DNA of 64,000 nt from Octopus sinensis. Its lineage: Eukaryota. Positions 28,141 through 42,361 of this stretch are shown here, piece after piece. Numbering within the stretch: position 1 is the stretch's first letter; each line of letters starts with the position of its first letter. Both the position numbers and the translations under genes were made by a program. Below the pieces are notes generated by a model. That model searched no databases and had not been told where the DNA came from. It was given only the letters and a program-made list of their open reading frames with translations. The stretch covers positions 27,280,001 to 27,344,000 of the forward strand of contig NC_043005.1 in assembly GCF_006345805.1 (NCBI RefSeq), given 5' to 3'.

Positions 28141-28520
28141 AAATATTAGGGAATAAATCAAATTTACAGGGAAAAAATCAGATTTAGGATTAAATCCAAT
28201 TTTATAGTAAAATATTATAAAATATTATTAGAGACAAACCACTATTTTGCAAAACAAACAAGGAAAGGACTTAATCAATACATAAAATTTTAATAAATAG
28301 TCAAAAAACCGCCACTACAATTGTTACTTGTCTTGATCGACAATCTTCAGGTGACTTCCAATAAGTCAGTTTCAAAGACTTATTGGAAGTCCACCTGAAG
28401 ATTGTCGATCAAGACAAGTAACAATTGTAGTGGCGGTTTTTTTGACTATTTATTAAAATTTTATGTATTGATTAGTCTTTCCTTGTTTGTTTTGCAAAAT
28501 AGTGGTTTTGTCTCTAATAT
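28141..28520. repeat. Foldback (family G): ~140-bp arms, 9-nt loop, hammerhead motif in each arm
   Basis: Arms ~28227-28367 and 28377-28518 are near-perfect reverse complements. Confidence 0.9.
28391..28433 (+). ncRNA. Hammerhead motif with A13U lesion (mirror copy 28312-28354 minus)
   Basis: CCAC CUGAAGA UUGUC GAUCAA GACAA GUAA CAAUUG UA GUGG. Confidence 0.55.
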
Positions 28521-28526
28521 ATTTTT

Positions 28527-28574
<48 letters not shown>

Positions 28575-28578
<4 letters not shown>

Positions 28579-28835
28579 ATTAGGGAATAAATCCAAATTT
28601 ACAGGAAAAAATCAGATTTAGGATTAATCCATTTTTATAGGTAAAATATTATATAATATTAATAGAGATAAAACCACTATTTTGCAAAACAAACAAGGAA
28701 AGACTTAATCAATACATAAAATTTTTATAAAAAGTAAAAAAACCGCCACTACTATTGTTTCATGTATAAAATTTTATGTATTGATTAAGTCTTTCCTTGT
28801 TTGTTTTGCAAAATAGTGGTTTTGTCTCTAATTAA
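28575..28835. repeat. Second family G foldback with central deletion
   Basis: Direct repeat of 28141-28330 joined to a partial right arm; keeps GAAAC on the minus strand at ~28757-28761. Confidence 0.85.
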
Positions 28836-28997
28836 TATTATATATATATATATAATATATACGTTGTGCGCATTAATATATGCATATATAAATGTGAATA
28901 TATACGTGTATGCATACGCATAAATATACGTATGTCCAGATCACTATATGTGTATATAAGTGTATATACATACATACATATATTCTTTTATTTGTTT

Positions 28998-29416
28998 ATT
29001 CTTTTACTTGTTTCAGTCATTTGACTGCGGTTATACTGGAGCACCGCCTTACAGCGTTTTACTCGAAGACTTCGACCCCAGGACTTCCTCTTTGTAACCA
29101 AAGTACTTATGTTTTGCCGAACCGCTACGTTAGGGGACGTAAACACACCAAGTGACGTCAAGTGAGTGTTGGGAGGCAAACACAGACACAAAGACACACG
29201 CGCGCGCACACACACACACATACAAACACACAGACACATAGACACACAAACATATATATACGACGGGCTTCTTTCAGTTTCCGTCTACCAGATCCACTGA
29301 CAAAAATTTAGTTGGCCCGAGGCTAGAAAAAGACACTTGCCCACACTGTCACGCAATGCGACTGAACCCGGAACTTTGTGGTTGGAAAGCAAGTTTCTTA
29401 CCACACGGCCATGCCT
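28998..29416 (-). mobile_element. SINE family A
   Basis: Homology to the other copies. Confidence 0.85.
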
Positions 29417-29611
29417 ATATGTGTGTGTGTGTGTGTGTATGCATGCATATATTGACAATGATATATATACATATATACATATATATAGAGAGAGAGATAC
29501 ACACACATATGTGTGTGTGCAATTAATGTCTGTATATGTACACACATATATCCAATTATGTATACATACATACACACACCACATATACACATATATATAT
29601 ATAAATATATA

Positions 29612-29642
<31 letters not shown>

Positions 29643-29803
29643 ATATATAATATATCTATATATATATATAATATATATACATGCATATATATGTGTATAT
29701 ATATATATATATATGATATATATATATATTATATATATATATATATATATAAATATTATATATATACATGCATATATATGTATATATATTGTATATATAT
29801 ATG

Positions 29804-29854
<51 letters not shown>

Positions 29855-29907
29855 ATTTCAGTTTTGGATTTGGTTTGCACGATTTTTTATGTGAGTTCGT
29901 GTGTTGA

Positions 29908-30190
29908 AGCATATTTTGTTGTGTTTAGAGAGTCATTCTCTTTTAGTGTTTGTTATTTAACACACTCACCGGTAAAGTTTCCACTCATTTACTTATTTAT
30001 TTTTCCCAAAATTTTCGTTACGCCTTGCAACCTTTTTAATAGAGCCAACGACTATTGAAAAGGTTGCAAGACGTAACGAAAATTTTTGGAAAAATAAATA
30101 AGTTAATGAGTGGAAATCGCACCGGTGAGTGTGTTAAATAACAAGGCACTAAAAGACAATGACTTTCACCAGACACAACAATATATGCTT
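29908..30190. repeat. Foldback (family H): ~135-bp arms, 9-nt loop
   Basis: 29908-30042 and 30052-30190 are reverse-complementary. Confidence 0.9.
30052..30089 (+). ncRNA. Hammerhead-like motif with U3-A8 core
   Basis: CUA UUGAAAA G GUUGC AAGAC GUAAC GAAA AUUUU UGG; stem I is short and the triplet is weak. Confidence 0.4.
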
Positions 30191-30477
30191 ATATATATTT
30201 ACAGATATTCATAAATGTGTAAGTGTGTATGTAGTATATATGAATATATACGCAGGTGTGTATATACACGCATGCATGTTTACCCATGTGTATGTCCGCC
30301 TCTGTGTGTGTGTGTGTGTGTGTGTGTGTATTAACATGTAAAGCATGAAACTCTCTGTTGTCGGGTAATATCGCTAAACAACTTGCATCAAATGCTTTAC
30401 ATATATATCAATGTTTTCTCTACTTCGTGAAACAACATATGCCTCTCTTTCTCTCTCTTCCTCTCTCACTGTCTCTT

Positions 30478-30770
<293 letters not shown>

Positions 30771-31164
30771 ACACACATATGTGTGTGTATCTATCAATCT
30801 ATCTGTATACACTAACACATATATAAAAGAAGACCTTGTCTTTTGTATATGTTTATCTAATTGGGATTATCCGGCACTACTTAATCGCTAACCATGGTTG
30901 ATCGAATTTATGATGTTATTTCTGTAATCTGGTAGAAAATTTTGGTTCTTTTGGGAAATATTTGTTTTCTTTCTTCTTTCTTGTATATTGGAATGGATTT
31001 ATTGAAGAATTTTAGAATTTTATCAAGTGCAGTTTTTAGAATATTCTTTAAAAAAAAAAAGGTAACTGAAATCAAAAACGGAAACTTAATTTCGTCTAAA
31101 TGTTATAGATTACCGTTAATTTCATGTAAGAAAAACATTCATGTTGAGAATGTTGTCATAGGTA

Positions 31165-31346
31165 CAGGCATGGATGTGGGGTTATGATGCTCGTTTCCGA
31201 AACACATCGTTATGGGTTCAGTCCCAAGTTACGTGAGTGGTACCTCTTGGGCTAGTGTGTCCTATAATAGCCTCCGAATTTCAATGTTTCTCTTGCTCCG
31301 AGCGGGCTGACCAATGCGTTATGAGTGGATTGGTAGACGGAATTCT

Positions 31347-31410
<64 letters not shown>

Positions 31411-31650
31411 CGTGCACACGTCTTTGTGTCCGTCTTAGTTCACCCCCCGTCGCTTGACAACCGGTGTTGGTTTGTTTTTGCCATATTAACTTTGCGTATT
31501 AGCAAATGACGCCAATAGAATAAGTATCACAAAAAGTACCAGGATTTTGAAAACTAAACATTGGGGTTGATTTCTTCAACTCAAAACCCTTCCAGGCGGT
31601 ACCGCTGCTTGGCCACAGTCGCCCGGTGACTAAAACAGAGAAAAGATAAT
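31165..31650 (+). mobile_element. SINE family A, old diverged copy
   Basis: GGGTTCAGTCCC B box, GAGTGGATTGGTAGACGGAA, internal (TG)n and a degenerate tail. Confidence 0.65.
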
Positions 31651-31734
31651 GACTAACAGTTCCACTACCATTAGATCTACTGGAAGTTTAGAAATACCAT
31701 TTTAATATGTTCAAATGCATGTTGTTAATATCAT

Positions 31735-32038
31735 GTTTCTTTCTTCTCGAGCCACGCCTGGCTCATAAGGGCCGGTTTCCCGGTTTCCTTGGCGTATAGG
31801 TACCCCACCTGGATGGGACGCCGGTTCGTCGCAGGTGAGCTGCAAGATGCAGGAGGAAAGAGTGAGAGAAAGTTGTGGCGAAAGAGTCAGCAGAAGTTCG
31901 CCATTACCTTCTGTCGAAGCCGCGTGGAGCTCAGGTGTTTCGCTCATAAACACAAACACATCACCCGGTCTGAGATTCGAACCCGCGATCCCTCGACCGC
32001 GAGTCCGCTGCTGTAACCACTAGGCCATGTGCCTCCAC
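31735..32038 (-). mobile_element. SINE family C, tail type 3
   Basis: Same head and core; 3' half is CCTGCGACGAACCGGCGTCCCATCCAGG... Confidence 0.8.
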
Positions 32039-32370
32039 TTTAATATCATAGATTGAGCAAAAAAGGATCCACAAAATGACAATGCAACATGCAAGAAGGC
32101 GACGAGGACCTTAAGGATGCAAACCTTAAAAATTCCTTTTAAATTCAAGAGACGTGTGTGCCCCTAATTTAATTCTGTGTTAGAATCAGCGTGACATAGA
32201 GTGTGACGTGGCTGTACCTTCATATAGCTGGCACAATCCAACCATAGACTTCCATACCTTTGCCGGTCACCTGATATCATTTACAAGTGTTAGGTTGCTA
32301 CGCAATGCTATCGAACTCATATCTTCGTGATTGCAAATCTAACCATCCAGTGATATACGCACACACACAC

Positions 32371-32435
<65 letters not shown>

Positions 32436-33034
32436 GATATATATATATATATATATATAATATATATATATATATAGATCATATATATGTATGTATGTGT
32501 ATATTATATACATATTAACAGAAAGAAAGATAGAAAGAGTGAGAGAGAGATAAAGATATACGTATGCATGTGTGCTTGTATAAATATGTGTATTTATTAT
32601 GCATATATATGTAAACAAATAAGCATATATGCATATATTCACAAACACACACATGTCTGCCTATGTGTGTGTTTAAATATATATATATATATAATATATA
32701 TATATATATGCGTGTGTCTATGTATACCTATATACGCGTGTGAATGTCTGCCTGCGTATGTATTTACGCATACATCTCATTTTCCAAACAATACCTTGTC
32801 ACAAATACATTATGTGAAAAAAATTGATACTGCTTAAATGGCGGTAAAGATCAAAGGAAATTTATTTCTCTCTTCTAGCTTCACTATTTACCATTTTACC
32901 ATTTCCTTATCTACAACAACCAATCAATGCAAAATAAGAATTAAAATAGATACGATAAAATATTTTAATCTAATTCGAATTGCAATTTTATGCTTTTATA
33001 CATTCTTTTAATATATATATATATACATACATGC

Positions 33035-33085
<51 letters not shown>

Positions 33086-33106
33086 TATATAATATATATA
33101 TATATA

Positions 33107-33167
<61 letters not shown>

Positions 33168-34069
33168 CTGCCAAGAGCAAGAGAAACAGATTGAAATTCA
33201 AATAAAATAGATATAAATATATGGCAGAAAGACAGAGAGAGAATATTTGTTAATGTTGTGACAGAGAAAGAGAGAGACAGAGAGACAGGGAAACATGGAG
33301 TCATGGAGACAGGTAGACAGACGCAAACAAATAGAGACAAAGAATTTCACTATCATGTCCTCGTATTTCAGATTCTTCCTTTGTTGCGTCACGTCTCGTC
33401 GGTTCACACGAACGGAATGCTCCTTGTTTGCGACCAGCTGCGGCAGATAGATAGTTGCCAAATTATATTCTAGACAAAGTCTACTAGGCTGGCGTTTTGT
33501 CCCTCGCACAACAGATCAGCACGTTCCCATTCTCGTCTGTTGTAATCATCCCTTTACAAACTACATTCTGTCATTAGCAAAGAGTCCCAGCTGTCCTCGT
33601 GGTGGACACTGCAATAATATACCAAGAAAGAGAAGAAGGCCAATCGATATGATATTAGCCTCAAGGGACTCCTAGGTCAGAAAATAACTCTTGCCAACAG
33701 CATTACTATCATCAGACGATGGTAACTCTCTATGAGAAATAGAGAAGTCGTCCAAGTATAAAAATGTAGAAATAAGGATAACCTGAATGTGGTGAGTGAA
33801 AATCGAAATAATCCTCATAATAACAGTTGGGGCTTAACTATGACAAAAATATATGCAGACAAATACATATCACTTAACACAGTACAGAAAATTTGCATCC
33901 AATAAACACTTCACACCTTACGTGGAGTATTGTTAATACGATAGAAAAATGCAAGACGGAAACATAATACTGCATATACCTGAGGCCATCAGAGTTGAAA
34001 TCAATGATATAGTGAAAGCACGCAAAACATATAAGAACTACTGAATGATAATAATAAGAATAATAAAAT

Positions 34070-34112
<43 letters not shown>

Positions 34113-34130
34113 AATAATAATAATAATAAC

Positions 34131-34164
<34 letters not shown>

Positions 34165-34189
34165 TAATAATAATAATAATAATAATAAC

Positions 34190-34238
<49 letters not shown>

Positions 34239-34451
34239 GCTTTTAAAATTGAAAGATATTTACAAATTTATCACAATCTTAGTTGTCAGAATCGGGTTTC
34301 CTTTCTTTACAATACATCATTGCTTATCATAAATAACACCCATAGTGAAATGTCCAATTTGCTATTACTTGCGATCTCTGGGTATAAGAAGTGGAACCAC
34401 ATCTCGTACAAAACAAAGCAGCAACAACGAAAATAATTGTAGTAGTAGTAT

Positions 34452-34518
<67 letters not shown>

Positions 34519-34961
34519 TGGAGGAGGAGGGGGAGGAGGGGGAGGAGGAGGAGGAGGAGGAGGAGGAGGAGGAGGTGGAGGAGGTGGAGGAGGAATGTCA
34601 CTAATGTTCATTAGTATCGCCTCTCCCCGGGGTACTCGTTAGCACTTCTTTTGTCCTTTCAACAACCGGTGGAAGCAGGGTAAGAAGAAGAGAGGGTTAG
34701 ATTATAGGAAATATTATAAAGGAATTGCGACAACGATCAATGAAGTAAAGTAGAAAAGAAAGCAGAAAACAGCCGAAATCAGAAAATACGTTGAAAGAAA
34801 GAAATCAATATAGAAAACCTCATCAATCAAACCAGAAACACAGAATTGATATTTTGGAAAGAAAAAGCGAGAAACAATAGCGTAAGACCATGTACAAAAG
34901 AAGGTGTGTTGTTTGGAGAGAAATTTGATGCAGGGGAGTGGAAGAGCCAAGTTCTTGATAA

Positions 34962-35430
34962 TATATCCTTTTCTACTCTAAGCCCGAAATTTTGGGGGAG
35001 GGGCCAATCGATTAGATTGACCTCACTACGCAACTGGTACTTAATTTATCGACCCCGAAAGGATGAAAAGCAAAGTCGACTTCGGCGGAATTTGAACTCA
35101 GAACGTAACGGCAGCCGAAATACGGCTACGCATTTCGCCCGGCGTGCTAACATTTCTGCCAGTTCGCCGCCTTCCTGTCCTAGTTATATTCTTTTCTACT
35201 CTAGGCGCAAAGCCCGAAATTTGGTGGGAGGGCCCAGTCGATTTGATCAACTGGTACTTAATTTATCGACCCCAAAAAGATGAAAGGCAAAGTCGACCTC
35301 GGAGGAATTTGAACTCAGAACGTAAAGACAGATGAAATACAGCTAAGAATTTGAACTCAGAACGTAAAGACAGACGAAATACAGCTAAGAATTTCGCCCT
35401 GCGTGCTAACGTTTCTGCCAACTCGCTGCC
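34962..35430 (-). mobile_element. Two tandem SINE family B copies, the second with an internal duplication
   Basis: 34962-35165 and 35190-35430; AATTTGAACTCAGAACGTAAAGACAGA occurs twice. Confidence 0.85.
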
Positions 35431-35479
35431 TTTCACTTAATAATATATCACATAATAATAAATCATGTGGAAAATTACA

Positions 35480-36170
35480 CAGAAAATGTTGAGGTGTGGA
35501 AAGATATAGTGTCCACATGAAAGGAAATATTCGAAAATAATTGAGAAAAAAGATAGGAAAGTGGAAAGATGTAGGAAAACACTTGGTTCATGGCTAATTT
35601 GTTAAAAGATTTACAAGCTTCACTGAAGCTCTGGAGGTAAAAATAAATGAATGCATATCAAAGAGGGGTGTACCAATGAGGCTAACGAAAGGAAGGACCT
35701 ACCTAATACTGACAAACAAATTAAAGGAAAACGCTGACTGAGATGAACGACCAATTACGTGTCTACTAATTATATGGAAACTGCTATCAGGGATAAGTGT
35801 AGAAGAGATATAATTAACACTTATATGAGAAACAATAAAAGAAGCTAATGAGTAGAAATACCGTCGTGTACAGAGCAGAGGAATGGAAGACCGGTTAAAT
35901 ATTAGCAAAATGTTCTTCAGATATTGCAGAAATAAGTTGACAAATTTATACATCGCGATGTTCGATTATTGTAAATCATGACTTTGTCACACAGTTGTAG
36001 ATCAAGTGGAAGCCTGGATTCAAGATTAAGAAGATTAAGCGTCTTTTGGAAAATGCAATGCATCACTGGAGAACAGAGTTAAAATCAGGGAGTGAAAGGT
36101 TAAGGTAGAGATCAGAAGAGGAATCTTTCAAGGTGATAGCTTTTCTGGCATCATGTTTGTAATTAACGAA
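35480..36170 (+). mobile_element. R4/Dong-clade RT remnant
   Basis: RPITCLLIIWKLLSG and IRRGIFQGDSFSGIMF; many stops. Confidence 0.7.
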
Positions 36171-36221
36171 GTTAAGGAAGGGTATTCATTGGGAAAGGGT
36201 AGGGGAAATGTGATTCTCTCA

Positions 36222-36628
36222 CTCTCTTTACTCTTTTACTTGTTTCAGTCATTTGACTGCGGCCATGCTGGAGCACCGCCTTAAGTCGAGCAAATCGACC
36301 CCAGGACTTATTCTTTGTAAGCCTAGTACTTATTCTATCGGTCACTTTTGCCAAACCGCTAAGTTACAGGGACATGAACACACCAGCATCGGTTGTCAAG
36401 CGATGTTGGGAGGACAAACACAAATACAGACACACAAACACACACATATATATATATATATACACGACAGGCTTCTTTCAGTTTCCTTCTACCAAATCCA
36501 CTCACAAGGCTTTGGTCGGCCCGAGGCTATAGTAGAAGACACTTGCCCAAAGTGCCAAGCAGTGGGACTGAACACGGAACCATGTGGTTGGTAAGCAAGC
36601 TACTTACCACACAGCCACTCCTGTGCCT
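36222..36628 (-). mobile_element. SINE family A, full length
   Basis: All modules present. Confidence 0.9.
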
Positions 36629-36852
36629 ATTGTTTATTTCTGGATAATTTAAAACTCTGGACTCCTTAGTGCAAACTGTTCGAATATGTAGAAATGATTT
36701 AGGGGGGAAAAACACTTATTAAATATATTTGCCTAATAATGAGAATATGAAATCATTGAAAGCAGAAGGTATGCAAATAACTGGAAAGAGTAGAAAATGA
36801 CACAATCAAAAGATAGAGAAATGAGAGGCCCCTCTGAGTGTGTGTGTGTGTG

Positions 36853-36887
<35 letters not shown>

Positions 36888-37356
36888 CCGTGTCGGTGCG
36901 GATGTGTGTATATTGTAAACTAATCGAATGTTTGTTCAGCGAATTACATGTGTCCTATACTTTTCGCATCATGATTCTTTTCGCACTATTAACTCGCACT
37001 ATTTTTCTGCACTACTTCCGCCATCAGAATGGTGCCTTATTGGGTTTGACTGAAAAAGCGGCTGCCCGCTGTGAAAACTCCGGAGTAACAAACCACTGAA
37101 CTGGCCATAATGAAGAGTGTGTGTGCGTGTGTGCGCGCGCGCGCGCGTGTCTTCGTGTGTGTGTGTGTGTCTGTGTGTGTGCGCGCACTTATGTATGTAT
37201 GCTTGTATATACGTATTTATACATGCTCACACACACACACACATATATACATATATGATGAATTCAAACAAAGAAGAACAAACAAGAAAAAACAATAACG
37301 CGAGGACGTGGTACAAGTACTGTATTACCAGACGCTCAGGAAAGGAATCAACGACG

Positions 37357-37391
37357 ATTTAACGTTTCAAGCAAAGTTCTTCATCAGAAAT
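37357..37391 (-). ncRNA. Minimal hammerhead motif in a short repeat (~37300-37420)
   Basis: AUUU CUGAUGA A GAAC UUU GCUU GAAACGUU AAAU; stem II has one mismatch. Confidence 0.55.
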
Positions 37392-37789
37392 AGAGGAAAC
37401 TCCAAAAGACTGTCCCATTTTGTATTATATATATATATATATATATAGCGGCGTACATACACTTTGGTCTCTTATATGTAAGTATACATTTTTCTAAATC
37501 TTGTACGGCTCTATTTCTATCTATCAGCCCTTTCACGCTCTTTCGTTCATTCCACTCTCACATTTCTTTGCCTTCTCTTCTTGCTCACTTTCCCTCCACA
37601 TTTCACTGTCATTTTTTCTCTCCTCTCCTTAATTATTTTGTCCCTCTCCCTCTCTCTCTCATCTCTTCCCACATGCCCGCCGTTTCTTTCTTGGTCTGGC
37701 CGTTGTCCGTGCAAAATCGATATTCCTCCCTGTGACTGTGAAATATTGTATCCCTGCCGTAAGGCTTCATTTCCACACGCGACAGGTTA

Positions 37790-38135
37790 ATCTAATTCGT
37801 CCTTAGTCGAAAGACACCTGTTGTTATGTCCTGTTATTGTTTTTATTGTATTTGTGTAACATTGTCCGTTTCTTTCCGTCCTTGTTTTTTATACATTCGC
37901 TGCTTTCTTCCAAGGAATCTAATGCTCTTAGCTTAGTTTTTCCTTGGGATTGGCCAGATTGGAGCAATATCGAGTATAACCAACCGAAATTGCAAAGATA
38001 ACCTGGAACTCGACTGAGGAAAGAAAACACCGAATGACCCGTCCTTGTTTTCGTTGTATCGTCTATCTGGATGTTTTGTTGCCCCTTTTTTGTATCACCT
38101 AACTGTCTGGATGTTTTGCGTTCTTGTCCCATTTT
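37790..38135. repeat. Interspersed repeat family F, second copy
   Basis: Reverse complement of 8885-9175. Confidence 0.75.
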
Positions 38136-38147
38136 GTATTATATATA

Positions 38148-38193
<46 letters not shown>

Positions 38194-38347
38194 CCAAGAG
38201 ATTTAGAGGTTGTGAATCCAACCAACTAAAGGATAATATCTATCCAGTATACTGCTGGTAGAATAATAAATGAGTGACGGTAAAAATTTATTCAGCAATT
38301 ATTGCCGTATATACTATATATATATAGATATATATATATATATATAT

Positions 38348-38407
<60 letters not shown>

Positions 38408-38414
38408 AAGGGTG

Positions 38415-38453
<39 letters not shown>

Positions 38454-38593
38454 ATATATATATAAAAGTAAATAAATGGTACAACGAGGCACCGATATTT
38501 ACTTTCATTTAGTTTCATATATATATATATATACACACACACACTTTTGCTCATTTCAGCCATGCGGATGTGGTCATGCTGGAGCACCATATA

Positions 38594-39688
38594 TCTACTA
38601 CATAAGTGAAAAATCGGTGTGTGTTGGTTTGTGGCGTTGTTAGCTAATTCCTCCTACATCGTTTTATTGATTTTAATGAAACTTGACACGTGAGTAGAAC
38701 TCGTGTCTGGAAACCTCGTTAATACTTAGATTGTTGAAAAAATCGATAATACGGCCCCTGGAAGGGACCTTTATATCTACCTCATATTACTAATTCTTTT
38801 AAACACCCAAGGGAAATAGCCCATACCACCTGCACAATATGTTTTTAAAACACATCAAGGGAAATAACCCATTCCATAGTTTATGTTCGGTTACTTTGAA
38901 TACGGATTTTTTGCGTGTCCAATTTCTAATTTTTGGAGACAATATCACTTTTTTACTTTATTTGACACGTGGAAACCTCGTCTGGAAACCTCGTGACATG
39001 CTTAGATTGTTAAAAAATCGATAATAGTGCCCATCCAATGGATCCTCCTATCTACTACATATTACTAATATTTTATTTAGGCAGCCCAAGGAAAATAACC
39101 CACACCACCTGCAGTTTTTAGCGAAGCGATCAATATTTGATCCTCACGATCAGCTGACCTGATTCTACATTTCACTACTCACAGTTTTGAACTGCTAAAC
39201 ATTATTATTGCACTTCCTTAATTTGAATCTCTTTATTCATACGTTTCTATATATATACATACTTTTTTGAATGCCCATTACTCCGATAATTCTGCATTTT
39301 TACAGTTACACTTTCTCCATGACAGTAGATAATTTTGTTTTCCACAACGTATTTGTAGAGGCGTCATGCAGGCATAGCGTGGATTCGATCCCCCTTTGCC
39401 AAATTTCACTTAACACTTCAACAACGCTTTTCTCACGGTAAAACAATAGTTTTTCTGTGAACGACAATCTCTCTCGCCAACCTCCGAAAACCTCTCTCAA
39501 CAACCTCCGATGACCTCTCTTGCCAACCTTCGACAACCTTTCTCCTCTAGCTGACAGTTTTTGTACTTTTACGTGACAGAAAATATACCTTTTGCGGCAG
39601 TTATAACGAAATTGCTTTCTTATATTAGAGTTTAAGGCGTTTCAATAGAACATCTTTGGCCCCGGGAATTGCCGGGCACACCAGCTAG
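38594..39688 (+). mobile_element. Non-autonomous Helitron-like element (~1.1 kb)
   Basis: A|TCTACTACATAA start; GCCCGG-GAATTG-CCGGGC hairpin, then CTAG|T end; internal ~130-bp diverged duplication; no TSD. Confidence 0.75.
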
Positions 39689-39705
39689 TATATATATATA
39701 TATGT

Positions 39706-39747
<42 letters not shown>

Positions 39748-39778
39748 TGTGTGTGTGTGTGTGTAAGCAAGAAATGTA

Positions 39779-40162
39779 TCTATATATATATAAAAGGCAA
39801 AATGTCTGTCTGTCTATCTGTCTCTGTGTGTGCGTGTCCTTTATACAAATCCACAATTTTTCAGTTAGAGGGTTCACACTTTCTATGGTCATTCAAAACC
39901 GTCCAAGGGTGGTAGTGCACATATTTACATTTCCCCAGTCACTCGGCAAAGCCATTAAAAAATCAATAGAAGTGACTTTTTTGTGAATTTTCTATCCAAA
40001 ACCCAATCAAAATGCCCGAAACTTGATACGCCAATTGAATGCCAGCTAGCTGTATGTGATTGGTCGGAGATTTGGACAGTACTCGCGTGTATGTGTGCAC
40101 GCACGCAGCTGTATATGCATGCACTAGCGCTATGACCCGGCAACGCCGGGTCATAGTGCTAG
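39779..40162 (+). mobile_element. Non-autonomous Helitron-like element
   Basis: A|TCTATATA start; ACTAGCGCTATGACCCGG-CAACG-CCGGGTCATAGTGCTAG|T end. Confidence 0.8.
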
Positions 40163-40224
40163 TTTTATTATAAAATGCAGATAACAAATGACAAAAGTTC
40201 AGATATTGTTATATCAGACTTTTT

Positions 40225-40400
40225 AATTGCCCCGTTCTACCTATGCTCTTAAACGCAAGTGAGACCTGGGCTGTTATGAAGAGGATAGAACATCGATTGG
40301 CTACGATGCAAAGGGATATAGAAAGATCTATGCTTGGCATATTATTACGAAAGCATATTCGAAATGAGAATATCAACGGAGCCGATTAAACGAGGTGATG
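40225..40400 (+). mobile_element. RTE-clade LINE remnant
   Basis: VLPMLLNASETWAVMKRIEHRLATMQRDIERSMLGI. Confidence 0.65.
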
Positions 40401-40805
40401 GCAGAGTTCCAAAACATAACCTAAAGATATCTAAAGGGAATAATTCAGTTCTCTGATCTTTTGTAGTTACGGCGTCCTCAGAAAGGCATTGTCGGCGCAC
40501 ATCTACAAGGACTTCGGAATGACTAAACGATATGGCTATTGGTTTAAAAAAAGTAGTTGATATTTTGCACTTTAGTACCTGTTTTTCATTCTGAAGAGAG
40601 CCATGAGAAATTTTCCAGTGTCGTTATTTATTACTCAATCAGCGAAATATTTTCACACGAAAACTCTATTGTCTTAGTGGTTCCTGTATCTTCGTAGCTG
40701 AGACTTTTTGTTGAGCAGAGGATATTAAGTACACACACACACACATTATGTGATTATAATCCTCTATCCCTTTATTCTTTCATTCGCTGCGGTCATGCGA
40801 ATATA

Positions 40806-40843
<38 letters not shown>

Positions 40844-41085
40844 CACATATATTCATACACACATACACACATGTGCATATATGTTTTTATCTCTCTCAAT
40901 ATGTGTGTGTATGCTCGCGCGTGATATTCTTATGTTTAATTATAACTAAAACAATTTTACGGCAATCTGAGGGGTTTATATATTTAATTAATTAATCTAA
41001 AACAACGAAGAAAGACGCAACATACATGTATGTATGTATGTATGTATGTATGTATGTATGTACACGTAAATGCGCAAAGACACTC

Positions 41086-41197
<112 letters not shown>

Positions 41198-41310
41198 CGA
41201 TTATTAAAAGCGAATGTTTATCTCGTGACTCACGCCACTTTGATCTTAACAATATGTATTGAGCTTTCCTCACTCACAAGTTCGACACAATTCAACGTTA
41301 ATATATACAT

Positions 41311-41349
<39 letters not shown>

Positions 41350-42249
41350 CATATATATATACACATACATTCATACATACACAAATATATATATGTATAT
41401 GCATACATATACATATACTAAACATATACACATACATATATATATATATGTGTATGCATGTATGTGCTTAATATGTGATATGTGCGCGTGTGTCAATGTT
41501 TTGCGCCCTCCCCTCTTCAGCGAAACATAAGGAATAAACAATAATAAAAAAGAACAAACATTATAATAAGTTATAATACAACAAAATAATAATTGATAAA
41601 AAATGTTACGTAAATACTTTTGGTTTATATTAGTTACATTACAATTAAATAGAAAACTAGATTGTCTCGAATCTACAAACGTCTGTGTAAACAATAAATA
41701 TGTTTAAGTTATGAGACGTAAATTAAGATTAATTTTTAAAAAAATAAGATAGCTATTAAATATGGCAATGAAGAATTTTGAAACGAGGAGATATATGCAG
41801 CGGTAGAAACAATGCAACGAGTTTGTTTACAGAAATATCGATTCTGGAATAAACACAAAAAGAGATCTGTCTGAGTTTGAAACAGCGGTAACAGTGTCAA
41901 TATTTACGAATTACAGACTCCGTCTACATTGCTACTACGAGTAAAAGGAAGAGGTCAGTGAATTTAAGGTGTTGATTTACAATAAATATTATTTAAACAA
42001 TACACTAATACACTCTCACACACACATACATACACACGAGCGAGCGTGCACTTTCACATACACACACAAACACACACATTGTAACTTCCCCGAAGAACTG
42101 TGCAGCCACTGTCAAAACTTTCAGACTGCTTGACGAATGTGTATGTATGTATGTATGTATGTATGTATGCATGTTTGTTTGTATGTATGAATGCATGTAT
42201 GTATGTATGTATGCGTGTATATGTATATATATATAATACATATGTATGC

Positions 42250-42295
<46 letters not shown>

Positions 42296-42361
42296 GTATA
42301 TATGTGTGTATATACATACATACATACATACATACATACATACATACATACATACATGCAT

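Noticed and set aside
33575-33680. Short open frame between AG and GT (KESQLSSWWTLQYN...)
   Set aside because: Weak splice sites, no recognisable homology, and a length expected by chance.
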